This document shows, in pieces, positions 1 through 9,026 of a DNA stretch of 50,437 nt. Position numbers and translations under genes: made by a program. Source of the stretch: a virus (Duplodnaviria; Caudoviricetes); IMG/VR virus record IMGVR_UViG_3300032112_000026, positions 1 through 50,437 of that record. One strand, 5' to 3'. The notes below the pieces were generated by a model. It was not told the DNA's origin and searched no databases. It saw nothing but the letters and a program-made list of their open reading frames with translations. Each line of letters starts with the position of its first letter. The stretch's first letter is position 1.

Positions 1-87
1 TTCTGTGTTATAAAGAGTTAGTAATTTTAGGTGCTTTCACTTGCCGATTTCAGGTTAAAAAACAATTTTAAAGGAATTAAATTTATT

Positions 88-663
88 ATGACTAATCAAG
101 AGATTATAGAAGAAGCTAAATATTTATTAGAGGCAGAGATAGATGGTATTCCAGATCCTACATGGACTATAAATATGTTTGAAAGATGGTTAAAAGATGC
201 TCAAAAAGATTTACTTTTAAAAGTAAAAGATAGTTTATGTGAACAATTATATAAAACATCTACAACAATTACAAAAGCTCTTATAGTAGGGAATTTATTA
301 GATAGTGATTTTATTAGATTAATTATAGTATTAAGAAATAATAAACCTGCCTTTATAACGACACTTAAAAAATATCAATTAAATCTATTATATGCTCCTT
401 CTATAGAACATCCTATTTGTTATATTGAAGGGAAGCAATTATTTATTCTCCCTGCTGATGATACTGTTCCAGTAATAGTAAAGTATATTGCGAATCCACC
501 TATTAATTTAGCTACAGAATCTAATTTACCTATTCTATGGCAACATTTATTACCTTCATATATTTGTATGAAGGCATTAGAAAGGGATAAACAAGGAGAT
601 AGAGTATTATATTATAAACAACAATTTGATGATAAGATTGCATTAATTAATGCTAAAGGTTAA
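88..663 (+). CDS. Head-tail adaptor / tail tubular-type protein
   Basis: Follows the capsid genes across the junction. ~190 aa with a P.CYIEG..L.I.P motif and a C-terminal helix (HLLPSYICMKAL) typical of podovirus adaptors. ATG at 88 is preferred over GTG 31, which lies in a stem. Confidence 0.6.
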   Translation: MTNQEIIEEAKYLLEAEIDGIPDPTWTINMFERWLKDAQKDLLLKVKDSLCEQLYKTSTTITKALIVGNLLDSDFIRLIIVLRNNKPAFITTLKKYQLNLLYAPSIEHPICYIEGKQLFILPADDTVPVIVKYIANPPINLATESNLPILWQHLLPSYICMKALERDKQGDRVLYYKQQFDDKIALINAKG

Positions 664-665
664 TT

Positions 666-1280
666 ATGACAACAATAAAAGAGTTAATAAATCAAGCTAC
701 TTTTGAGATAGGAGATAATGGAATACAAATACCTCCTAATTTTTATATAAAAATATCTAATCAAGTAATACAAAATATTTTCAATTGGTTACTTACAAAA
801 AATATTTATTATAAAACTGAAAAAGAAGATATTATTTTATTACCTAATATTCAGCAATATATAATAAAAGTAGGAAAAACAATTAAAATTTATAAAGATA
901 ATATTCTATTGGATAAAAAACCTTATGAATTCTCATTTGAATTTAATTTTACAGCTGAACCAGAGTATTATTTTGAGACACTTACAACAATAGGTTTTAT
1001 TCCTATTCCTAATGCAACTAAAACAATTCAGCGATATTATATATCTATACCTAATGAAATAATAGATATTAATAATTCATTTTCATATCCTTCTCTTTTT
1101 GAACGATTATTTATTGTAATGTTTTGTTTACAATCTCTTATAATATCTGAGGATATAGATTGGTTAAAATTAAAAGCAGAATTAGTTCCTAAGTGGCAAA
1201 AAGAGCAAGAAGATTTACAAAATAATTTATTACAAATATATAAACCTATTTCTATAAAATCTAAAAATTTATTTGATTAA
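666..1280 (+). CDS. Second adaptor-like virion protein
   Basis: Similar size and motif pattern (EPEYYF...IGFIPIPN...YY) to the preceding gene; structural position. Confidence 0.5.
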   Translation: MTTIKELINQATFEIGDNGIQIPPNFYIKISNQVIQNIFNWLLTKNIYYKTEKEDIILLPNIQQYIIKVGKTIKIYKDNILLDKKPYEFSFEFNFTAEPEYYFETLTTIGFIPIPNATKTIQRYYISIPNEIIDINNSFSYPSLFERLFIVMFCLQSLIISEDIDWLKLKAELVPKWQKEQEDLQNNLLQIYKPISIKSKNLFD

Positions 1281-1290
1281 ATATTTAAAA

Positions 1291-1941
1291 ATGAAAAGAT
1301 TATTTTTATTAACATTATTTCTTTTTTCTTTTAGGACTTCTATATTTGCAGGAGATTTATCAAATTATAGTATCCCTCTTGATAGTAATTGGAAGCCTTA
1401 CTCTGCTATAGTAGGACAGGATAATACAGGAAATTGGCAGATATTAAATTTGAAAGAAATTAGTCCTAATATTTGGGGATTTAATCTTGGAACATTAAGC
1501 ACTACTATTATAGGAGGGAATATAGGAACTATAACAACAATAAAGCAACCAGTTTGGGAAGCTCAACCTCTTTATTTATCTAATATAACTTTGAATATTA
1601 TACTTCCTTTTGGTGATTCTTATACTTATGCTCAAACTTGGACAACTACATCTATGTTTGCAATAGTAGGTTATCAATATTATCTTGAATATATTACAAT
1701 AGTTAGAACAGAAGATAAAAATATAGATTGTTTAGGTTTAGAGTTTCATTCTCGACAAACAGATTATTTAATGTTAGCATCAGAAATATCTCCAACTTCT
1801 TTACAAACAATTATTAAGCCACCTATCCCTATTCCTATAAATGCTGGAATAGAAAATGGGTATCGTTTAATTGTAACAAATAAAGGATTAACAACACAAA
1901 AGTTAAAAATAGGATTAATTTTCTCTTATAGAAAAGAATAA
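1291..1941 (+). CDS. Secreted beta-rich protein (signal peptide)
   Basis: From ATG 1291: MKRLFLLTLFLFSFRTSIFA-G, a Sec-type signal peptide, followed by a Thr/Ile-rich beta body. Confidence 0.6.
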   Translation: MKRLFLLTLFLFSFRTSIFAGDLSNYSIPLDSNWKPYSAIVGQDNTGNWQILNLKEISPNIWGFNLGTLSTTIIGGNIGTITTIKQPVWEAQPLYLSNITLNIILPFGDSYTYAQTWTTTSMFAIVGYQYYLEYITIVRTEDKNIDCLGLEFHSRQTDYLMLASEISPTSLQTIIKPPIPIPINAGIENGYRLIVTNKGLTTQKLKIGLIFSYRKE

Positions 1942-2006
1942 AATTAATAAAATTAGTAGTTAATTTTATTTAAGAATATTTTTTTAAAAAAAGGAGGTGA
2001 GAAGGA

Positions 2007-2870
2007 TTGAAAAAGATATTAAGTTTAGGATTAAGCTTAGTAGTTATGACAATAGCGGGAATAGTGGAAGCAAGTTCAAGTGCATCTTTACCGACAGCAG
2101 TAAGATTAGTTAGTCCACTTGGGCAATGGACAGGAACACAGGATAATCCTATCTATAATCAGCAAGTAGGAGTGATAACTATTGCTACTTTAACAACCGG
2201 GCATCAGATAACAGTTGTTCAACCAACTGGAAGTAATCTCCATGCAGTAATTGATAGTGGAGTAGTTAATACAGTTGAAAAAATACTTACAGGGACACTA
2301 AGCACAATTATCAATGATGTGGGAATTAAGGATAATGGTAATAGTATTACAGTAGATACTCCTCAGTTACCATCAGCTTTAGATGCGAATGGCAATTTGA
2401 AAGTGCATGAGCAGGGAACTGCAAATGTTAAATTGGATACTAATATTGATGTTAATTTAGGGCGAGTAAAAGTAACAGATGGAACGGATATTTTGGCAGT
2501 TAATACTGATGGTTCTCTTCCTGTTCAAATAGTATCAAATACTACAGGAGGAAGTCAAATAAGTGGCTATTATGCTGTATCAGTAGGAGCAGGTGCAACA
2601 GTAGAGATTGGTTCTTACACTGTTACAGCAGGTAAAACATTGTATCTTGAAAGTTTTTGTTTAACTTTCAAAGGTGATTCTCTATGTCATTTAAAAGTTG
2701 GTGGAGTAAATAAAAATACAATAGGAACTACTCCTATTGTAAATACAACTAATAGGTATTTAGGTAATAATTATGCTATTCCTGCAGGAACAGTGATGGC
2801 GGCAGTGGTAACAAATAATGAAGCAGCAGCAATTACAGCTTACTTCAGTTATCATGGCACAGAGAAGTAA
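2007..2870 (+). CDS. Secreted fibre/spike-like protein, likely abundant
   Basis: Strong RBS AAGGAGGTG; signal peptide MKKILSLGLSLVVMTIAGIVEA; G/T/V-rich beta repeats (DANGNLKV, NTDGSLPV); own downstream hairpin. Confidence 0.65.
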   Translation: MKKILSLGLSLVVMTIAGIVEASSSASLPTAVRLVSPLGQWTGTQDNPIYNQQVGVITIATLTTGHQITVVQPTGSNLHAVIDSGVVNTVEKILTGTLSTIINDVGIKDNGNSITVDTPQLPSALDANGNLKVHEQGTANVKLDTNIDVNLGRVKVTDGTDILAVNTDGSLPVQIVSNTTGGSQISGYYAVSVGAGATVEIGSYTVTAGKTLYLESFCLTFKGDSLCHLKVGGVNKNTIGTTPIVNTTNRYLGNNYAIPAGTVMAAVVTNNEAAAITAYFSYHGTEK

Positions 2871-2883
2871 TTTTTCGCAATTT

Positions 2884-2916
2884 AGCAAAGGAGAGAATAT
2901 TTTTCTCTCCTTTGCT
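2884..2916 (+). terminator. Hairpin (terminator or RNA-processing/stabilising stem)
   Basis: 14-bp perfect stem AGCAAAGGAGAGAA / TTCTCTCCTTTGCT right after the stop. Confidence 0.7.
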
Positions 2917-2945
2917 TATAATTATATAAAATATGGAGATAATAT

Positions 2946-3803
2946 ATGTTAAAATGGATAATAACAATTTATTTGGTGATAATATCTTCTATTTTTGTTT
3001 TTGCAGAAGATATAGCGACACCAATAAAACAAGATAATCCTAATAAACTAAAGATGGTAGTAACAGGTTCTTCATCGACAACATATAAAGAATTACAAAT
3101 GACAGAAGAAGGCTATGCGAAAGTATATAATATGTCAGGTAGTAGTGGAGGAACTACTACATCTAATATCTTTGGATATGATAATAATAGTTGGTATCCT
3201 GTTCAAATAGCAACAACTACTATAGGTATTGAAAATCAAGAGAAAGTAAATGGTATAGTAACCCATTCTGCATTGTATGGATGGCATGGAGACTATTGGA
3301 CAAAATTATCTATGAAGTCAACAACTGGAATAGGAAATTGGCTATCAGTAGGATTAAATGATAATCCTGCGAATAATGGAGTAGGGAATTATGTTTATAG
3401 TCTTGGTTGGGTTAAATTGAAAGGTGATGATTCTGGATATGCATATACAAAAGATACAATAATTTCACCTGCACCAGTAATTAATATGTTACCTGCACAT
3501 CCATACTTAGGATGTAAGATAGTAACTTTTTATGATACAGTTGCTACTACTACTGCAACTGTAATTTCAGGTATTGTAGGGAAAAAGATTTATATTTTAG
3601 GTATAGATTATTACAATAAAGCTGCGACAAGTGGTGATGTGACATTTTTTGATGGAAGTAATGTTATTTATCGAGCAGTAATTACAGGAAGTATTGGAGC
3701 AGGTTTTCTTCCTTTAACCTATTTAGAACTTTCAAGTGATAATAGTTTTAAGGTTACTACACCAGCAGGATGTAGTATTAATATATATTATAAGCAACTA
3801 TAG
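2946..3803 (+). CDS. Secreted beta-rich protein
   Basis: Signal peptide MLKWIITIYLVIISSIFVFA-E; C-terminal beta domain (TATVISGIVGKKIYILG). Confidence 0.6.
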   Translation: MLKWIITIYLVIISSIFVFAEDIATPIKQDNPNKLKMVVTGSSSTTYKELQMTEEGYAKVYNMSGSSGGTTTSNIFGYDNNSWYPVQIATTTIGIENQEKVNGIVTHSALYGWHGDYWTKLSMKSTTGIGNWLSVGLNDNPANNGVGNYVYSLGWVKLKGDDSGYAYTKDTIISPAPVINMLPAHPYLGCKIVTFYDTVATTTATVISGIVGKKIYILGIDYYNKAATSGDVTFFDGSNVIYRAVITGSIGAGFLPLTYLELSSDNSFKVTTPAGCSINIYYKQL

Positions 3804-3814
3804 GAGATATAAAA

Positions 3815-4813
3815 ATGAAGATATTAGAAGAATTATTTTTTATATTAATCTTTATTCTTTTTTTCCACATAAGTTTTGCTACTGAAACTATCACCTCTGG
3901 AACATCTACTTTTGGGACATCTACACAAATTGTAATAGAAGAACCATATATATCAGAAATTAAAATAATTCCTAATAAGACAGAAATTATAGCTGGAGAG
4001 AGTGTTTCTTTTTTTGTTGATATTATTTGGTCAGATGGAATAAAAAGAGAAACACCTTATAATATTCAATATAACAATGGAGTAATGACAGAAAAAGGTT
4101 GGATAGGAACACAAGCAGGAATTTCAGTTATTACTGTTTTTGCTGAAAATAAAGAAGCAAAAGTAGAAATAAAAGTTAAGCCAGCTCAATTAGAAAAAAT
4201 AAAATTTATGATGACAGAACCAGTAATATTATATGGTAAAAAATATTCTACTGATATTTTTAAATTTGAAGGAATGGATAAATTTCAAAATATGATTATA
4301 TTGAATAAGATAGAGTATAAAGTGCGAAAAAAGACCATAAGTCATTTAGCTCAATGGACAGGTAATGCAAATCCATTATCTGTTCTAAATGAGATAATTA
4401 AGACAGGAGCAATATGTAATTCAAAAGAGATATTATTTTTTGATACAGGTGAATATGAATTATTGGTAATAGTGGATGGAACTTTACAATCTACTTTCTC
4501 ATTTGAAGTTAAATTTGATAGATTTTCTGATGTAATAAGCTGGCAAGATTATAGAGTAGTAGATATTGATGTGGATAAGGGAAGCTTTATTGTAGAATAT
4601 ATCTTTCCTAGTTTTTCTGCAATTCAAAGCCATCTTACAGTTTTACCAGAATGGCTAAAAATATTTAAAGAAGGAACAATAATAGATAGAATACAAATAT
4701 TATGTTGGTGTCATTATAAAATATTAGAAGAAAGAGAAAGACTATTAAAAGATTTAGAATTTCAGGCATTAAAAAATCTATTATTAAAGCCACTTAAAGA
4801 ACAATTAAAATGA
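3815..4813 (+). CDS. Secreted Ig-like domain protein
   Basis: Signal peptide ending SFA-TE; Ig-like segment IKIIPNKTEIIAGESVSF...GISVITV...KVEIKVKP. Confidence 0.6.
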   Translation: MKILEELFFILIFILFFHISFATETITSGTSTFGTSTQIVIEEPYISEIKIIPNKTEIIAGESVSFFVDIIWSDGIKRETPYNIQYNNGVMTEKGWIGTQAGISVITVFAENKEAKVEIKVKPAQLEKIKFMMTEPVILYGKKYSTDIFKFEGMDKFQNMIILNKIEYKVRKKTISHLAQWTGNANPLSVLNEIIKTGAICNSKEILFFDTGEYELLVIVDGTLQSTFSFEVKFDRFSDVISWQDYRVVDIDVDKGSFIVEYIFPSFSAIQSHLTVLPEWLKIFKEGTIIDRIQILCWCHYKILEERERLLKDLEFQALKNLLLKPLKEQLK

Positions 4814-6012
4814 TAAGATTTATTAGTAAAGTAGTAATAATAGTAAGTATAACAATTTTACCTTCTATTTGTTTTTCAGCTGGAGGACAGATTTTAAATG
4901 TCACTAATATTATACAAGGTGGAAGTGCTACAGTTAGAGAAGATGGTTTTGATATAGCTTTTGGTAATGATATTGTTGGTTATAATTCTTTTAGAGCAAC
5001 TTGGACAACATCAGGCACAGCAACTATTTGGACTACAGTTCCTACATTAGGAACTGGAACTACAACTCATTATTTATATTATAATAATCCTACATCTATT
5101 GATAATAGTAGTTTTAGTGTAACATTTACAAAAGATTACCAAGAAATAGGATTGGTAGGAGTATGGCATTTTGATGAAGGAATAGGAACAACTGTAAATG
5201 ATAGTTCTGGTAATGGAAATACTGGAACATTATTTCCAGCGGATAATCCCCCTACTTGGCAAATTAATGATGGGGGACATTGGGATGGACAAACTAATAT
5301 TAGGTTTAACTCAGGATCTGCTTTAAGTTTAAATGGAACAAGTAGTTATATTAGAGTTACTAATTCAGCAAGTTTAAATCCTAATCTTATTTCAATGTCT
5401 GCCTGGATAAAGCCACAAACAGGAGTTGTTAATACAAGTAAAATAATTTCACGAGATTATAGAGGTGATGGAACTTGGAATAGTCCCTGGATTATTTATA
5501 CATTAGAGTATGGTTATGTAGAAATAACTACAGGAGGAGTAATAACTTCTTTAAATTTTTCTGGAGCTTCTTTAAATAATTGGCATTATTATGTTGGAAC
5601 TTATGATGGTGGAAATATTCGAATATATATTGATGGAGTAGAAGTAGCATCTACAGCAAAGACAGGAAATCTTGATTATTCAGTAACAACTTCAAATCTT
5701 GCAATTGGACAAAGGAGTCCACATTCATTAGGTGAATTTTTTCCTGGTGTTATTGATGAAGTTCGTATTTATAACCGAGCTTTATCACTAGCAGAAATAC
5801 AAGCATATTATGAAAGACGAAAATATGCAGGAGATGGAGTTACAATTACAGTAAGTTATGGAGCAGAGGAGAATAATCCAGGTAATATTTATCCAAATTT
5901 CCTTAAAAGGCGACCTATAATAATTACTAATTCAGGAAATATAATATTAACTAATTTTCAAGTTAGAATACTACTAAGAGTTGGTGCTAGTGGAATATTT
6001 ATATTAGATTAA
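4810..6012 (+). CDS. Secreted LamG/ConA-like lectin protein with DUF2341-like segments
   Basis: GLVGVWHFDEG.G..V.DSSGNGN, MSAWIKP, WHYYVGTYDG...IYIDG, IDEVRIYNRALS..EI are canonical LamG_3 motifs; signal peptide ending CFSA. Confidence 0.85.
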   Translation: MIRFISKVVIIVSITILPSICFSAGGQILNVTNIIQGGSATVREDGFDIAFGNDIVGYNSFRATWTTSGTATIWTTVPTLGTGTTTHYLYYNNPTSIDNSSFSVTFTKDYQEIGLVGVWHFDEGIGTTVNDSSGNGNTGTLFPADNPPTWQINDGGHWDGQTNIRFNSGSALSLNGTSSYIRVTNSASLNPNLISMSAWIKPQTGVVNTSKIISRDYRGDGTWNSPWIIYTLEYGYVEITTGGVITSLNFSGASLNNWHYYVGTYDGGNIRIYIDGVEVASTAKTGNLDYSVTTSNLAIGQRSPHSLGEFFPGVIDEVRIYNRALSLAEIQAYYERRKYAGDGVTITVSYGAEENNPGNIYPNFLKRRPIIITNSGNIILTNFQVRILLRVGASGIFILD

Positions 6013-6026
6013 GGAGGTAAAATAAA

Positions 6027-6710
6027 GTGTTAAAAAAACTAATATTAGGAACTATAATAATATTAATGAATTGTGGATTTATTTTTGCAGGAGAATTACA
6101 AAGACAAACAAATTTTGGTATTTGTTTTTGGGAAGGAAATACAGAAAGAATGATTTTATCGCAAGGATTAGAGGTAAATTATAATGAAGATAATATAAGA
6201 ATTTTATTTAAAGAAATGTATAATTATGGAAGAAGTCAAGGTAAGAAAGACCAAAATAGATTAGTTCTATCTACTAATTATAGCAAAAAATATAACAAAA
6301 AAGTTGATATATTTGGAGATATAAAGATAGATAATGATAAGATAAAAGATAAAGAAAGGGCACAAATAGGAGTAGGAATAGATTATAACTTTTTAGTTAC
6401 TTCTATTTTGAAAGAAGGGATAAGTGGAGCTATTATTTATGAATTAGTAAATGATGATACTCTTATGCGATTATCAATTAGAAAAAAAATAATACTTTCA
6501 TTTAGTCAAAATGAGTTAAAGACATATTTATTTTATCAGCCAAAGTTAATAGATTTAGATGATTATTTGATAATAGCAGATATTAACTTTGAATATCAAA
6601 TAACAAAGATATTTAATATTTTTATAAATGTTAGAGATGATTATGATAGTCAAAGTAAAAAGAAAAGGAATGATTTAGTAATTACAAATGGTGTTTCGAT
6701 AAAATGGTAA
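6027..6710 (+). CDS. Outer-membrane beta-barrel, DUF481/YdiY-like
   Basis: Signal peptide; GNTE near the N-terminus; amphipathic strands; D.YDS....K.ND.....GVS.KW ending in an aromatic residue (BAM-type signal). Confidence 0.7.
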   Translation: MLKKLILGTIIILMNCGFIFAGELQRQTNFGICFWEGNTERMILSQGLEVNYNEDNIRILFKEMYNYGRSQGKKDQNRLVLSTNYSKKYNKKVDIFGDIKIDNDKIKDKERAQIGVGIDYNFLVTSILKEGISGAIIYELVNDDTLMRLSIRKKIILSFSQNELKTYLFYQPKLIDLDDYLIIADINFEYQITKIFNIFINVRDDYDSQSKKKRNDLVITNGVSIKW

Positions 6711-7123
6711 AGAAATTAATTTTAGGATTATTAATAATTATAGGTAGTTATAATTTTGCTTGGGCAGAAGGAACAGAAACATTAACACATTTTGGAGTTA
6801 GTGTGATGAAAACACTTAATAAGTCATTAGTATATTCAGCACAAGTAAATGGTTCATTATTGCCATCTATTGAACGAGAAATAATACCTTATCCTGCTGT
6901 TTGGCAGAGATTATATGGTTTTATAGGGATTAATAGTGATGCTAATTATAATTTAGGATTAGGATATTATGTTGGACGAATAGGAATGACAGGATTACAA
7001 ATAGGATTACAGAATATTAAAGAATTAAAGGAAGATGAATTTATTTATGGTCTATACTTTGATGGAAATGTATTTAAGACAATGTTGAAGAATTTAGGAG
7101 GAATGACAAATTGGGTTAAATAA
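6704..7123 (+). CDS. Secreted/membrane protein of unknown function
   Basis: Signal peptide nearly the same as the previous gene's (MVKKLILGLLIII...AWA-E); Gly/aromatic beta strands. Confidence 0.55.
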   Translation: MVKKLILGLLIIIGSYNFAWAEGTETLTHFGVSVMKTLNKSLVYSAQVNGSLLPSIEREIIPYPAVWQRLYGFIGINSDANYNLGLGYYVGRIGMTGLQIGLQNIKELKEDEFIYGLYFDGNVFKTMLKNLGGMTNWVK

Positions 7124-7152
7124 ATAATAATTAAAAGAAGGAGGAAGAGAAA

Positions 7153-7713
7153 ATGCAAGAGATACCCTTACAAAGTTGGGAAGGAGTAAAACTTGCTTTA
7201 TGGACTATTGGAGGTATAGGATTTTTTTCTTTAATTCTTCTTTTCCTTATTGCAGTAATTTTGAAGACATTAAAATTTAAGGAAGAAGCTGTTAAGATAG
7301 GATTCAAAATTTTTGGTAAAGAACTTGGAAATATAGAAATTGGTGCAAAACAAGAGAAATGGAATAATACTAATGAAATTGATAAAACAAAAGAGATTAT
7401 TTTAAAAGAAGTTAAAGAGATAATAGAAAAAAAAGATAAGGAAATTAAAGATACAATAAAGACAGGAAAACAGCAAAATGATAAAATAATAATTTCAAAA
7501 GATATTAATGAGTTAAAAGCATTAATAAAAGAGATAGTAGTAAATGAAAAAAAAGATATAGAAAAGATATATGAGCAAGTAGGTAATATTAATCAAATAT
7601 TAGGAGTAAAAGATATTTTAGTTAAAAAAAATAGGAGTGTTGATATTATTTTATGGATTTTTATTTGTATTTTAGTAATAGGAATAATAATAACTATTTT
7701 AATTTTTAAGTAG
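7153..7713 (+). CDS. Membrane protein with N- and C-terminal TM helices and a central coiled coil (lysis-associated?)
   Basis: RBS AAGGAGG; hydrophobic stretches at both ends; K/E-rich middle. Confidence 0.6.
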   Translation: MQEIPLQSWEGVKLALWTIGGIGFFSLILLFLIAVILKTLKFKEEAVKIGFKIFGKELGNIEIGAKQEKWNNTNEIDKTKEIILKEVKEIIEKKDKEIKDTIKTGKQQNDKIIISKDINELKALIKEIVVNEKKDIEKIYEQVGNINQILGVKDILVKKNRSVDIILWIFICILVIGIIITILIFK

Positions 7714-7724
7714 ATATAAAAGAT

Positions 7725-7825
7725 ATTGAAGCATCTAATCTATTAAAATAAGGATTGAAACAAGTATAATAATTTTATCTTCTATTAGTTTTCAGCACCT
7801 AATCCATTAAAACAAGGATTGAAAC
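7725..7825 (+). CRISPR. Minimal CRISPR-like array: two 37-nt repeats and one 27-nt spacer, no cas operon
   Basis: R1 7725-7761 ATTGAAGCATCTAATCTATTAAAATAAGGATTGAAAC; R2 7789-7825 TTTTCAGCACCTAATCCATTAAAACAAGGATTGAAAC (31/37 identical). The ATCC..AAAACAAGGATTGAAAC 3' end is typical of Cas6-processed type I-B/III repeats. Confidence 0.8.
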
Positions 7826-7847
7826 TATATTATAAAGAATTAATAAA

Positions 7848-8093
7848 ATGGATGAAAAATTAATATTTCAAAAATTAGAATTTTTTCAAACAGATAGCTT
7901 ACCACGAATTCATCAACGAATAGATGAGGTTAGAGAGGATATAAAAAGATTGGTAGATAAAGTAATTATTATAGATAAGAATCATTCAATAACAAAGACA
8001 CAAGTAGATTTTTTAAGTAAATTTTGTTGGTTAATTATTACTATGATAATTTCTGGATTTGGTGGAATAATTTTTTGGTTAATTAAGTTATAA
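7848..8093 (+). CDS. Putative holin (coiled coil plus C-terminal TM, XhlA-like architecture)
   Basis: 81 aa, single C-terminal TM, immediately upstream of the endolysin. Confidence 0.55.
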   Translation: MDEKLIFQKLEFFQTDSLPRIHQRIDEVREDIKRLVDKVIIIDKNHSITKTQVDFLSKFCWLIITMIISGFGGIIFWLIKL

Positions 8094-8160
8094 TGAAATA
8101 TTCATATTGATAAATTGACACAAAAGAAGATAAAAATCGAAGGAAATTTTCAGGTGAAAA
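8092..8160 (+). repeat. 69-bp dispersed repeat, copy A (degenerate)
   Basis: 60/69 identical to 32164-32232. Confidence 0.9.
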
Positions 8161-9023
8161 CATATGAAATTGCAAATAAGTTATTAGAAAAGGGACTACT
8201 TATTGGTAGTGATATTCAAGCAATTCAAGTAGCAATGAAACTACTTGGATTTATGTCTAATAATTATCTTCCGCAGTGTGATGGAAAATGGGGTAAAAAT
8301 ACAAGTAAAGCAATTCGGACATTTAATTGGGAAATATTTGGACGAGAAGAAGATAATACAGTTTCATATCAAAAAATTTCGGAATTATTATTAGATAAAA
8401 ATTGGTTTAAGATTCCTTTTGTAGAAAATTCAGATGAAGAAAATAAAAAAATAGTAAAATATATTGATAATCAGAAAGAAGTAATTATTAATGAATATAA
8501 GATACCATTTGATTTTTTACGAGCAATATTATGGCAGGAAACAGGATTAAAACATTATGATCTTGATGGGTTTTTATTTGTAGGATTAGATATAGAAGAA
8601 GATTATAAAGTGAAAAGTAGAGGATGGGGATTAGGGCAATATACAATTAAAAATCATCCACCAACAATAGAACAACAAAAAAATATAATAGAGCCTTTAA
8701 AAAATCTTGAATTTGTTATTAATCATTTAAAAGAGAAATTCAAATATTTTTGTAAGACAAATAGAGTTTGTATATATCTAAAAGATGATATACAATATTT
8801 ACGAAATTGTAAATATTGTATTGAAAATAGTCTTCGAGCTACTATTAAATTACCTCAAGCAAATTATCATCCAAAGGTTCAACAAGAAGGATATAAAGAT
8901 ATTCCTATGTTTAATAGGTGTGATTGGGTATTAGCAATAGAAAGATATAATGGAAGAGGTTCTAATGCTATTGCTTATCGGTATGAAGTATTGTGTAAAA
9001 TTTTAGGTCGAGAGGTAAGATAA
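8154..9023 (+). CDS. Endolysin: peptidoglycan-binding domain plus lysozyme/SLT-like domain
   Basis: GSDIQAIQ..M..LGF...DGKWG.NT..AIR.F (PG_binding_1); RAILWQETG catalytic Glu, GWGLGQY and AIERYNG motifs. Start is GTG 8154 (RBS GAAGGA) or TTG 8115. Confidence 0.8.
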   Translation: MKTYEIANKLLEKGLLIGSDIQAIQVAMKLLGFMSNNYLPQCDGKWGKNTSKAIRTFNWEIFGREEDNTVSYQKISELLLDKNWFKIPFVENSDEENKKIVKYIDNQKEVIINEYKIPFDFLRAILWQETGLKHYDLDGFLFVGLDIEEDYKVKSRGWGLGQYTIKNHPPTIEQQKNIIEPLKNLEFVINHLKEKFKYFCKTNRVCIYLKDDIQYLRNCKYCIENSLRATIKLPQANYHPKVQQEGYKDIPMFNRCDWVLAIERYNGRGSNAIAYRYEVLCKILGREVR

Positions 9024-9026
9024 GAG

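Noticed and set aside
1-54. Inverted terminal repeats of a linear genome
   Set aside because: The arms are asymmetric relative to the ends (39 nt vs ~92 nt in), and gene order runs continuously across the junction, favouring a circular permutation.
7762-7788. Self-targeting by the mini-array spacer
   Set aside because: I found no convincing match elsewhere in the window by eye; only short AT-rich similarities expected by chance. An alignment search is still needed.
8092-8160. 69-bp repeat pair as DGR template/variable repeats
   Set aside because: No reverse transcriptase is present, the mismatches include four T/C positions rather than only adenines, and the copies lie at gene starts.
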